NCBI GenBank assembly: GCA_032718475.1
Contig: JAUCBJ010006724.1
Location: forward strand, 1 to 64,000
Direction of reading: 5' to 3'
DNA length: 64,000 nt
From: Nemertoderma westbladi
Lineage: Eukaryota > Animalia > Xenacoelomorpha
In this document: positions 11,786-22,212 of the stretch, piece after piece
Layout: each line of letters begins with the position of its first letter
Numbering within the stretch: the stretch's first letter is position 1
The notes under the pieces: model-generated
The model's database searches: none
What the model saw: only the letters and a program-made list of their open reading frames with translations
What the model was told of the DNA's origin: nothing
Translations under genes and position numbers: made by a program

Positions 11786-14700
11786 TTAATATTTTAATTG
11801 CGCCGAGTTTGGCAGGATAAAAACTGATTAAATAATTATATACACAATACACAATGAAATAAAATAATGATACAATCATATACTATTGAATTAATAATTA
11901 AAAAGTTATGTGTTGGCCCATTGCAAGAGAGTTCTTTTGTTATTTAAACAATGTAGGAGGTGGTAGATCATGGCTGTCTGGCCGCATAACTCGCATCGGG
12001 AGTAGTCTCCTGGTTGGTGGAAGGTTTTCGTACGGCACACGGCGTGGTGGAAACCGTGGATAGAGAACCTTGTCACCACGTGTCTCTGTGGTTCATTTGC
12101 GCCTGCCCATTTTCGGTTGGCGAACGCCATCGAGTTCCAGAATTCTTTGGGGATTTTGCTAATTTTTGTGTTGACAATGTCCGATATTTCTGAAATTCAC
12201 AGGTTTGAGGCAAATGTAGCTCAACAGCCAGCTGTGAAACTTGGGTCTTCTCGCCGCATAGCGCCAGAACGAGCCAGTTGTGGGTCGTTTTATGTAGCCC
12301 CAGGACCCGTTTGATCTATGTGGCTTTAATTTTATCTAGTGTGTGCATGTTGTTTGCTGAGAGAAATGGCCATATTTCGCGGAAACAATACGTTATTGTC
12401 GGTTGGACTTTTAATTTACATAATTTTGTAGCGGTTTCAACTGAGAGTAGTTGGGGTTTCTTAATATTATGGATAACTGTGATGGCTTTACAGATAATCA
12501 ATGTAGTATGCTTTGTAAATGACAATGACGACTGCAATGTAATCCCAAGATATTTATAAGAGTTTGTCATTGGTACCATATTCCCATTGTATATGGATTT
12601 ATCAGCTGCGCTCAGACGACCGCCTCGGCGAAACTTAATTATAGCAGTTTTCTTTAAGTTGACCCGGAGCCCGTTTTCTGAGGCCCATCGCGCTAAGGCA
12701 TCCAGTCCCAACTGAATGGCCTCTCTGGAGTCGCTGTAGAACAGCAGATCGTCGGCGAATAGGAGGATGATTAATTCTCCAACCCATCGGGCTACTCCAG
12801 TGATATATAGTACGATATCCCATATGAATATAATCAATAATAGGGGGCTTAGCGAGTCACCTTGAGGTACTCCTCGGGTTTGTTTAATAGTCTTAGATAG
12901 CCGTAGCCCGTCTGAAACTCGCATAAAACTGGTTGACAATATCGCTTTAATGAGTCGATATAGATTCCTCTTAATATTGAAGTGGTTTTTCAATTTAAAA
13001 AGTAACCTTGATCTGGGCACCGTGTCGAATGCCTTCCTGAAGTCCACGAACACCGCTTATAGTGGTTTTCGCGGAGTAGCCAGGTTATTGAATATCCGGT
13101 TTACTAGCTGTGCTATTGGCATCTTAGTGGATCGACCAGGCAGGAAACCAAACTGTTCCGCCAGGATACGGTGAATTACAAGAGCCCGTAGTCAGTTCGC
13201 TACAAGACTAGTTAGTACCTTATACGCATTACAGAGCAGAGCAATACCTCTATAGCAGTCTGGATCGTGTCAGGAACCTGACCCCTTGAAGAGGACCTTG
13301 ATGATGCTGTGTTTCCAGCTATTAACAAGTGCACCCAACACCAGGCAGATATTGAATAAAGTAGTCCATAGAGTATGGTTAATAGAATGGCTGCCTGCAA
13401 GAGTTCATATGGAAGTTGGTCCGGACCCCCTTACTTACCAGCTGGTTTGGTGTTGAACGCAGCAGCGACTTCCTCGACCGAAAACTACGGGATGTCATCA
13501 CCCGATTCGTCGCCCGAGTCCCGAGTCTAGTGGAATTTCCGAGGATGCCTCTGATTGGAGTACGTCCTCGAAGTGGCTCTCCCACTTTTCTAGAGGAACT
13601 GGACAGTTGGTCGATGTATTCAATTTCTTTGTCCCTTTGTAGGGTTTAGTTTCCGCGTCTGTTATTAGCTTCTTCTCGGTTTGTAAGGCAAAGTCATTCT
13701 GCTTAACTTTCAGCATAGATTTATATTCCCGCTTGCATTCGCATAGCCTCTGGGAGGCCGAGGGATCAGATTTAACCGTTGCGTGGAGTGCGAGCACCTA
13801 CCGTCGTTTAGAGTACCATTGCACATCGAACGAGGGTTTAGCGAAATGCGTCGTAGTTTTACGTAGGGGGGCGGCATCTTTAATAGCGCCTGAGAGCGAT
13901 TTATACGCTTCACCGATGCGGTTCTCCCGCAGTAAATTATTTGTATGATTAAGGCGATAGTTAGATTGTAGCTTTGGAATGTGGATTTCCCGTTTTCAGA
14001 GTGGTTGATTTCCGGCTAACAGGGGCTGAGGAGCTGTCCAGTTCCAGTTCCAGCTAGTTTTCACTGGTACATGTTTCCTTAGACATCGCGGTTTGTAGTT
14101 TATTGTCTGGACCGGTCTGTTAGAGTAAAATAGATCGATACCACTACTTCCGTTATGGCATATGTATGTTGGTACCTTGCGATTATTTTGTAGCGATAGA
14201 CCGATATCGTCCATTAGTTCCTCAAGGGCTGTGGTTTTGATATTGTCCGCAATGTCGACCCGCGCATTAAAGTCTCCACCAATGACGACAGGGCCTCCAA
14301 AATTATCAGGAATTTGATCGGTAACAGTCAAAACGCCGACAATGAAATCCTCAAGGGCTGTTTGAGGGGGAAAGTAACAGCAAGAAAATAAACCGAAGTC
14401 TGTGCTAACAGTTACACCAGAAGAGTCCATATGGATTAGGTTTGGGTTTAGATGCGGTTTAACCGCAATTGTTATTCCACCGATGGGCCGACCTCGACCT
14501 ATTGGTTTTGTAGCTGGTATAGTATCCGGTAATATCTACCTTTTTGTCTGAAGTTGCCAACGCTTCCGTAAACATCAGGATGTCGCTGTCGAAGACCGTG
14601 TCGTTGTGAGAGAGTCCCAGGACTGATTGTAAACCTTCAACATTCCATAGAATGGCACACAATGTTACCCGATGTTGGCGTTATTGGAGAGGCCCTAGTG

Positions 14701-15912
14701 GTCGGTGCTGCTGGTGTTGCAACCTTAATTGAAATTGAAGAAGTTTGGTCCTCGGTCAGTAGTCAGTTCAAATTCCCGACACATGTTCCCTGCACTGAGG
14801 TTTTGTTGCAGCTTTAGGTTCGCCCTTTCTGCTTGACTAAGGTATTGTCTTGTAATAGTTGCACCCTTGGGCCAATTTCCTGGTGTATATATTGCTTCCC
14901 GGGATTCATCATTTGGGCAAACCACATGAAACGTCGCATAGTTTGGTCGCAGAGTGGCATCGTTGTCAGTAGCAGGAAGGAGATTAAACACATGATCCAC
15001 GGCGATATTTCTCCCTGCAAGATGTGTTTTGACCATTTCCACCGAAGTGTCAGGTTGGAGACGGCTGATGCGGATATGAAATCATGGCGAGAGCTGAGCC
15101 ACCGCTTTCAAAGTACTGGGTTGGGTTGTCCCCTCCGGACTAGATTCTTTATTTGTTCCTGTCGCTACGACAATAGGCTGTCTGCTCTTATGTCGTTGCG
15201 TGACCCACCCCGAGTCTACTTCGCGTCCTGGTTCCAGTGTAGAAGCAACCCGCTGTGGTTTGGTGGGGTCCACAGTTGGTGGAGGGACCCGAGTTGTCGA
15301 CGAGGCGTCGACTACCGTTACCACCACACCCGCCTCAGGTACTGGTACCGTCCGACCTGACGGTACTCTGGCGGGTTTTGTTTCCTTCAGTGTAGCCGCA
15401 GCGCATCCTCCTCCGGATCCCCAGGGTGAATGTTGCACTGTGTGACTATAGCGCATCGGTTGGTTTTCATTTGTCCGTCTGAGACACTGGAGAAGTTCGC
15501 TTTTCGCAGTAATTATATCCTCCCCTGCGTCACTCAGCTTACCCAGAACGATTGTGTATTTCGATGTCATTGTCATAACCCACTCAGTCATTTGTTTGTC
15601 GTCTTCCTGGTTGACGGATTTCTTCTGCTTTATTGTCTTTAGTAGCCCAAGTATATTGTCTTGCAACTCTATAAATTATTCGGCCATAATCGATCACAGT
15701 TTAAAATTGTTTTAGTTTAATCATACAATATCAAGCAGGTGTAGGGATCTATAGTACAGGTTCTCTGTTTATTTTTATTTTTAATGAGCAATATTCAATT
15801 TGGTGCCCCAGCAAAGCCTCCTGTAGTGTTGCTATTATATTTCGAATACTTACTATATATCGAATTGTATACGTGATATATGTAGATTAAAGGTATCGCG
15901 AATGCAGTTATA
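11786..15912 (-). mobile_element. Near full-length but disrupted APE-type LINE (RTE/RTEX-group, clade tentative) with ORF1, EN, RT and C-terminal CCHC
   Basis: EN motifs WNVEGL, GGDFN and IDLF; RT motifs VDFRKAFD, PQGDSLSP and FADD; CELC..H..C. Several stops and frameshifts. Candidate 13-bp TSD AATTAGATAACTG (11773-11785 / 15913-15925). Confidence 0.85.
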
Positions 15913-17072
15913 AATTAGATAACTGGAAAGGCTTGGCCAATGCGACCTTGGCTTGGCCCACGGTGACGTCAACTGTACAGTACCGGTATACTTTTAGTTG
16001 TCAAATTGTAACTTCCATAAAAAAACACATTTTATACTATACGTGAAGTTCCCCTGTGGTACAAAAACAAAATGCCGTCAATTAAATTAAATCTTCATCC
16101 ATTTACCCATGGGGATGGAAGAACCATGTCTGGCTTCAAAGGTAGATTGTTAAGATTAACATCAGATAACTGTCTGATGTATACAGTAGCATACTAATCC
16201 AGACACTAAAATCTCTAAACCTCACTTTTAACCATTCTGTCTGAATAGGCCTAACACCCAATATTTTAAAGCATTGCTAAACAGGCCAATAGAAGGGTCC
16301 AAATTACAGTACTATTCAAACTCTAACATTGCTTGAAAACCACATCTTAAGAGTAAGACTAAACATAAACAAGCCAATAGGAGGGCTCCGACAATTTCTA
16401 AGGAAATAGAGTGGGATGATAAGCAATTTGGATTGGTTGATGATGCATCCACATGCGGATTCCTATGTGTCAGTTTAACGCACACTGGCAGCGGGTCCTA
16501 CTAATTACCCCAACCTACCCCAACCTACCACAAACTACCACAATCTACCCCAATAATTCGATACAGGCATCTAATTACCACAATATTATTTTACAATGGC
16601 ATCTAATTACCACAATATACAGAACTCAAGTGTCTATTTACCACAAGACTAACTGCGCATCTAATTACCACAATATACAGAACGCAAGTGTCTAATTACC
16701 ACAATACTATACAGCGTCTAATTACCACAATATACAGAACGCGAGTGTCTAATTACCACAACACTATACTGCGCCGAATTACCACAATATACAGAATGAA
16801 AGTATCTATTTACCACAACACTACACTGCATCTAATTACCACAATATACAGAACCCAAGTGTCTATTTACCACACGACTATACTGCGTCTAATTACCACA
16901 AGACTATACTGCGTCTAATTACCACAATCTATTTACGAACAAGACTACACTGCACACTGCATCTAATTACCACAATATGATTTTATAATGGCATCTAATT
17001 ACCACAATATACAGAACGCAAGTGTCTATTTACCACAAGACTATACTGCGTCTAATTACCACAACACTATAC

Positions 17073-18218
17073 TGTGTTTTACATTCATGAAGAACCCAAA
17101 AAACGGTGCCAAGCCCGTATAAATGCAGAGGCTCATCTATCAACCACGCTACTTTACACATATATGATATACAATGGACATCATTATGTATAAAGTATCG
17201 CTTTATCATTTAATTCCTAATAAAAATAATCTTAGTTCATATAAATCAATTATTGGGGCACAATTTTAGTATATTACAGTATATCCATAATGAAATCAGT
17301 TTATTTCATTTAGTAATAAGTTCTTAGGTAGGTGAGTCTGTCGGTAGGTTAGTTGGTTAGTCTGTCGGTTGGTCAGTCTGTCATTCAATCTGTCGGTCAG
17401 TCTGTTGGTCAGTCTGTCGGTGAGTCTGTCGGTAGGTGAGTTAGTTAGTCTATCGTTCAGTCGGTCAGTTGGTCAGTCTGCCCGTCAGTCTCTCGGTCGG
17501 TTGGTCAGTTTGTCAGTCAGTGTGTCGGTCGGTCAGTTTATTTGTCAGTGGGTCAGTCGGATGGTCAGTCTGTCGGTCGGTTGATCAGTCTGTCGGTCAG
17601 TCGGTTGGTTGGTCAGACTGTGGGTGGGTCTGTCAGTGTGTACCATCTTAAGTTAGATAGACGGTTGGTCAGTTTGGCTGACTGAAAATAAATCATCTTT
17701 GTATTATGTGGGTGCGCTCGCTTTTGGGACGTTTGCGTTGTTGGGGTTTTTTTGCAGTTCCTTTTCTTCTAGGCATCGTGAATATTTTATCTTTTGAAAA
17801 TATTACTTCGGATTCCCCTTTAGGTTCACCAGATCCACTACATGGTAGTCGCTTATGGATAAAGTCCATTACCAGCTTATCTTTTTGGGCTTCAGTTTTC
17901 TGCAACCAGACGTTGCGAGAAACTCTAAACTTTTGAAATTTATTGAACAAAACGTAATTACCTGTACCATATAGGGCTCGCCTAAGGTCACTCATTTGTA
18001 CGTGTAAAATAGCGTGGTTGATAGATGAGCCTCTGCATTTATACGGGCTTGGCACCGTTTTTTGTGTTCTTCATGAATGTAAAACACAAAAAGCTGCATT
18101 ACTGTAATTATTTTTCGTATAATCGTATAATTGTTTCCCCGTTGTGGCAACTATAACATCCTGTTGATATAACTCCGTATTCCACCGTTTGGGTCCGTTT
18201 GGATTTTTAGTCCTACCC
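17073..18218 (-). mobile_element. Internally deleted TIR element nested in the foldback, with a probable transposase C-terminal remnant (17693-~18010) and a GTCAGTCT/GTCGGT low-complexity tract (17330-17680)
   Basis: 87-bp inverted repeat 17073-17159 / 18002-18088 and a GGGTAGGACT-type outer end at 18218. Remnant ORF QMSDLRRALYGTGNY...KKPQQRKRPKSER has a basic tail; transposase identity is inferred. Confidence 0.55.
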
Positions 18219-18317
18219 GTGATTAGACACTTGAGTTCTGTATATTGTGGTAATTAGACGTTAGTGAAGTTTTGCGGTAATTAGACACTGAATATTAATA
18301 ACTACCGTACTGTATAT

Positions 18318-21300
18318 CTTGAATTCTTGAAGTATTCTTGAGTAGATCCAAATGCGACTGTCCGCTGTGAAGGTAGTAGAGTTACCTAAAAGTACACCAG
18401 TACCAGTCCCTAAGCCTACAACATAACGGAATTGCTGTCTGACTGTCAGACTTTCTGACGCCACTAGATTTTTGCTTAGTTTCGGGTTCGTTTGGGGATT
18501 CACGTGGGGTTTTTTGGAATGGTTTGTTGCGGCTGTAGCAACTCCAAGTCGGGGCGCCGCTGCCAGAGATGCGTCTGTGCCGTAGAGGGTCGGCAATGTT
18601 CGAGTTGTGCTCCCGGGAGGAACGGAAACTGCGCGAACGGTGGTCAAACGTCTTCCTCGCAGCCGCTACCTTCCACCTACGGCGCTATCCCTGTAGCATC
18701 TGAGGGCTCTCTCTCACAGCCAGTTGATAGCGGAACCCCAGACTCGGGCGACGAAGGGGACGACGATGACACGGATTGGCACGACACCTTGGTGGACTTC
18801 GACACAACCTTAACTGAGTCTACCTCAAATGAGGCGATAACTCCATTCAAACCAAATCAAGCCAGCGTTGTCGACCCCCTGGTTGACCCAGCATCCGTTG
18901 TCGGCCCCCTGGTTCCCCCAGCGTCCGTTGTTGGCCCCCTGGTTCCCCCAGCGCCCGTTGTCGGCCCCCTGGTTCCCCCAGCGTCCGTTGTCGACCTCCT
19001 GGTTCCCTCAGCGCCCGTTGTCGGCCCCCTGGTTCCCCCAGCGCCCGTTGTAGGCCTCTTGGCTCCCCCGGCGTCTGGGATTAGCCCCTTGGTTCCCCCA
19101 ACTGGTTCATCAGTGGGGCCAGCGCCGCTAGCAGGGCCTTCTTGTGTCACCGGTTCAACAGAGGTTACCTGGGCACATGTTAAATTACCCAAACAGCATA
19201 TCGAGAAGTCTATCGCGGATGCTTATGGTGTTATAGTTCACTGGCGGCCCAACCTATTCCTAGTGCCTCAGGGGGCTGGGGGGCGGGCTTTCGTTGCGGA
19301 AATGTGTCGAATCTTGATTCTAGCCACCACCAACAACGTGCTGCAGGAAGTTTCTCTTACCGCATTGTTGTTGATGCCGGCGCTGTTGCTTCAGAAGCCT
19401 GGACGTTCATCAACGACGGCGATACACAGACGAATTCTAGAACGTAGACTAGAATCTTGGAAAGCGGGTAATTTCAATGAGCTACTTATTGAGGCCCGGG
19501 CGATTCAGTCGCATCTTCCCAAGTTAAGACAATTCGAGTCACAGGAGGTTATGCGCCAGAAAACGTTCGTCAGACATATGTTGACAGGGAATGTGTCTGC
19601 GGCGACGCGATGTCTCCGCGACCTGACTAGAGGCAAACCGCTCCGCCTGGACGATACGTTTACCGACAAGGACGGGGTAACAAAGGTAGTCCGCGATGTC
19701 CTGCGTGAGAAACACCCCGCTGCGAAACCCGCGGATGAGTCAGTTTTACTGACAGAGTTTGATCGCGCGCCGGAGTTCCACAACGTTGTGTTCGAACGAC
19801 TGGATGGTCCATGCATCCAGTCATGTTTACTTCGGATGAAGGGAAACGCGGCGGGCCCATCTGGCCTGGACGTTCAGGGGTGGAAACACCTTCTGACAAG
19901 GTTTCGCAATCCGTCGGCTGAGCTGTGCGAGAGAATCGCTGACCTGGCAAAGCGTCTAGCCCAGGTTGTTGTCCCCCCCGGGTCGCTGTCTGCGTTGCTC
20001 TCGTCTCGTCTGTTGGCCCTCGACAAGAACCCGGGGGTCCGCCCAATCGGGATAGGCGAGGTGCTCCGGCGGGTAATCGGAAAGGCGACGGTGCTGTGTA
20101 TCAGTCCAGATTTACAGGCCGTCGGCGGATCTGTCCAGATGTGTCTTGGACAGAAAGCGGGAATCGAACACGCGATACACAGTTTAAACAATTCCTTTGC
20201 CTCTGAGGACTGCGACGGCATATTACAGATCGACGCTACCAACGCATTTAATGTGTTAAACCGCAGCGCAGTGTTGCATAACATCGGTTTAGTCTGTCCG
20301 GCGCTGCACACGATAGTAACTAATTGTTACAGCGAACCAGTGCGGCTATTCGTCGGCGGGGAAACCCTCTACTCGGAGGAGGGTTCCACCCAAGGAGACC
20401 CGGTGGCGATGCCGATGTTTGGCTGCGGTATAACGCCGCTCCTTGACGAACTGGACCGCGGGTGCGACGTGGAACAGAAGTGGTATGCGGACGATGGGAA
20501 CGCGGGGGGCCGACTGGGAGAACTCAGGAAGTTCTTTGATATCGCGTGTTCAAGGGGACCATTGTACGGGTACTACCCGTCGAAGTGTGTCCTGACTGTA
20601 AAGCCGGATAAGTTAGTGGAGGCGGAAGCGTTGTTTGCGAACACCATTGTCACAATTGATACGACGGGCAACAAGCTACTCGGCGGCGTTATCGGTACCG
20701 AGGAATTTTGTTCCAGCTACGTCGAGGAGAAAGTCGATGAGTTCGCGGAGGAAGTCGATCGACTCGCCGAGATTGCCGCGGTGGACCCCCACTGCGCGTA
20801 CGCCGGTTTGGCGTTCGGGCTCTCCTGCAGGTGGAGGTTCCTAACCCGCGTCATCCCCAACGCAACGGAGCACTTCGGGAAGCTGGAGGAGACGTTGCAG
20901 CGGTTCATCGCCAAACTGCTCGACAGGCCGTCGCTATCGGCGGTTGAACGCCAACTAGTCTCCCTCCCAACTCGGGATGGCGGATTGGGTATCCCGGTTC
21001 CTTCCGACTTGGAGACGCAGTATGACCACTCGCGCCGAGTCTGTGAACCGTTCGCAGATGCGGAGTCGATGGCAGCGGTGCGGACTGAACAGAGACGGAT
21101 CGTGATCGAGGTGAAGGCGGAGTCCATAACATCGTCTCGTACTAAAAGGGAACAAGTTTACGCCCAGTTACCCACAGACCAACGCAAACTGTGTGAACTC
21201 ACAACAGAAAAAGGTGCGTCAGCTTGGTTAAACTCCAAGCCACTAACCCTACAAGTTACTCACCTGAGTAAAGAAGAGTTCCGGGATGCGGTGTGTCTCC

Positions 21301-22212
21301 GCTACGGTTGGTGTCCGAAGAATCTACCATCTCGTTGTGCCTGTGGGGCGCGATTTTCTGCAACCCACGTCCTGTCATGCCCAACTGGAGGTTTCCCCTC
21401 CATCAGGCACAATGAGATACGTGATTTCGTCGCCAACTCGCTCACTGAGGTCGCCTACAGCGTTGCTGTTGAGCCGATGCTCCAGCCGTTATCCCGTGAA
21501 ACTTTCACCCATCGTACCACCTCGACGGACCAGCAGGCGAGGCTGGATGTGTCTGTGAGCGGCTTCTGGGGAAACCGATTCCAGCGGTCGTTCATCGACG
21601 TGTCCGTGTTTAACCCGCTGGCGGCGACGAACGCGGCTATGTCCCTAGACGCAGCGCACCTCCACCACGAGAATCGTAAGATTCTTAAGTACGAGGAGAG
21701 GATACGGGAGGTGGAACATTCTACTTTCGTCCCCCTCATATTCTCGGCCTTTGGCGGGATGGCGCCGACCACGCGCCAGTTTGTTAAGCGCCTGGGACAG
21801 AAGCTCGCGGACAAACGCGAGGTCAGGTACTCGGAATGCGTCACGTGGATCCGGCGCAAGTTAAACTTCGCGTTGCTTCGTTCCTCCCTGCTCTGCCTTC
21901 GAGGTTGTAGGTCAGCCTCTAAACGGCCGGTTCATTGTCCAGTGTCTGATGCCTCCATTCGGTTGGACAACGCCGACACTGAGCCGTAGCCTGGTAGTAC
22001 AGCGCAGTCGTACAGGCCTACAATAGCTGACCAGTACTGCAGTAGGCCTACAACATAAACAACCAACTGTTTTGAATTTCCCCCTTACATCCGTATCACT
22101 GTACCTCATTGTATAAATCAGATTTGGTGATAGGGTGTAATAGTGCAATTTGAAATCCATTGTATCAACTATGTTATTATACTATCATCTCACCCAAGCA
22201 CCAAAAAAAAAA
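18318..22212 (+). mobile_element. Full-length CRE-clade non-LTR retrotransposon with poly(A) tail and 13-14 bp TSD
   Basis: ACCGTACTGTATAT at 18304-18317 and 22213-22226, A-tract at 22203-22213, single intact ORF. Confidence 0.9.
18519..21989 (+). CDS. CRE-type polyprotein: Cys-rich N-terminus, Pro-rich 10-aa repeats, RT, CCHC finger, restriction-like endonuclease
   Basis: RPIGIGE, DATNAFN, QGDP, WYADD; CACG...H...C; RHNEIRD; RLD...FIDV...ENRKILKYE; PLIFSAFGG. Confidence 0.92.
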   Translation: MVCCGCSNSKSGRRCQRCVCAVEGRQCSSCAPGRNGNCANGGQTSSSQPLPSTYGAIPVASEGSLSQPVDSGTPDSGDEGDDDDTDWHDTLVDFDTTLTESTSNEAITPFKPNQASVVDPLVDPASVVGPLVPPASVVGPLVPPAPVVGPLVPPASVVDLLVPSAPVVGPLVPPAPVVGLLAPPASGISPLVPPTGSSVGPAPLAGPSCVTGSTEVTWAHVKLPKQHIEKSIADAYGVIVHWRPNLFLVPQGAGGRAFVAEMCRILILATTNNVLQEVSLTALLLMPALLLQKPGRSSTTAIHRRILERRLESWKAGNFNELLIEARAIQSHLPKLRQFESQEVMRQKTFVRHMLTGNVSAATRCLRDLTRGKPLRLDDTFTDKDGVTKVVRDVLREKHPAAKPADESVLLTEFDRAPEFHNVVFERLDGPCIQSCLLRMKGNAAGPSGLDVQGWKHLLTRFRNPSAELCERIADLAKRLAQVVVPPGSLSALLSSRLLALDKNPGVRPIGIGEVLRRVIGKATVLCISPDLQAVGGSVQMCLGQKAGIEHAIHSLNNSFASEDCDGILQIDATNAFNVLNRSAVLHNIGLVCPALHTIVTNCYSEPVRLFVGGETLYSEEGSTQGDPVAMPMFGCGITPLLDELDRGCDVEQKWYADDGNAGGRLGELRKFFDIACSRGPLYGYYPSKCVLTVKPDKLVEAEALFANTIVTIDTTGNKLLGGVIGTEEFCSSYVEEKVDEFAEEVDRLAEIAAVDPHCAYAGLAFGLSCRWRFLTRVIPNATEHFGKLEETLQRFIAKLLDRPSLSAVERQLVSLPTRDGGLGIPVPSDLETQYDHSRRVCEPFADAESMAAVRTEQRRIVIEVKAESITSSRTKREQVYAQLPTDQRKLCELTTEKGASAWLNSKPLTLQVTHLSKEEFRDAVCLRYGWCPKNLPSRCACGARFSATHVLSCPTGGFPSIRHNEIRDFVANSLTEVAYSVAVEPMLQPLSRETFTHRTTSTDQQARLDVSVSGFWGNRFQRSFIDVSVFNPLAATNAAMSLDAAHLHHENRKILKYEERIREVEHSTFVPLIFSAFGGMAPTTRQFVKRLGQKLADKREVRYSECVTWIRRKLNFALLRSSLLCLRGCRSASKRPVHCPVSDASIRLDNADTEP

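Larger units (their letters stand above)
10429..16474. mobile_element. Old TIR DNA element (~155-bp imperfect TIRs 10429-10583 and 16322-16474; TTAA-flanked, Kolobok-like), hosting two LINE insertions
   Basis: The two segments are reverse complements. TTAA at 16475-16478 and at 10421-10424 (left one offset by 4 nt). Confidence 0.65.
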
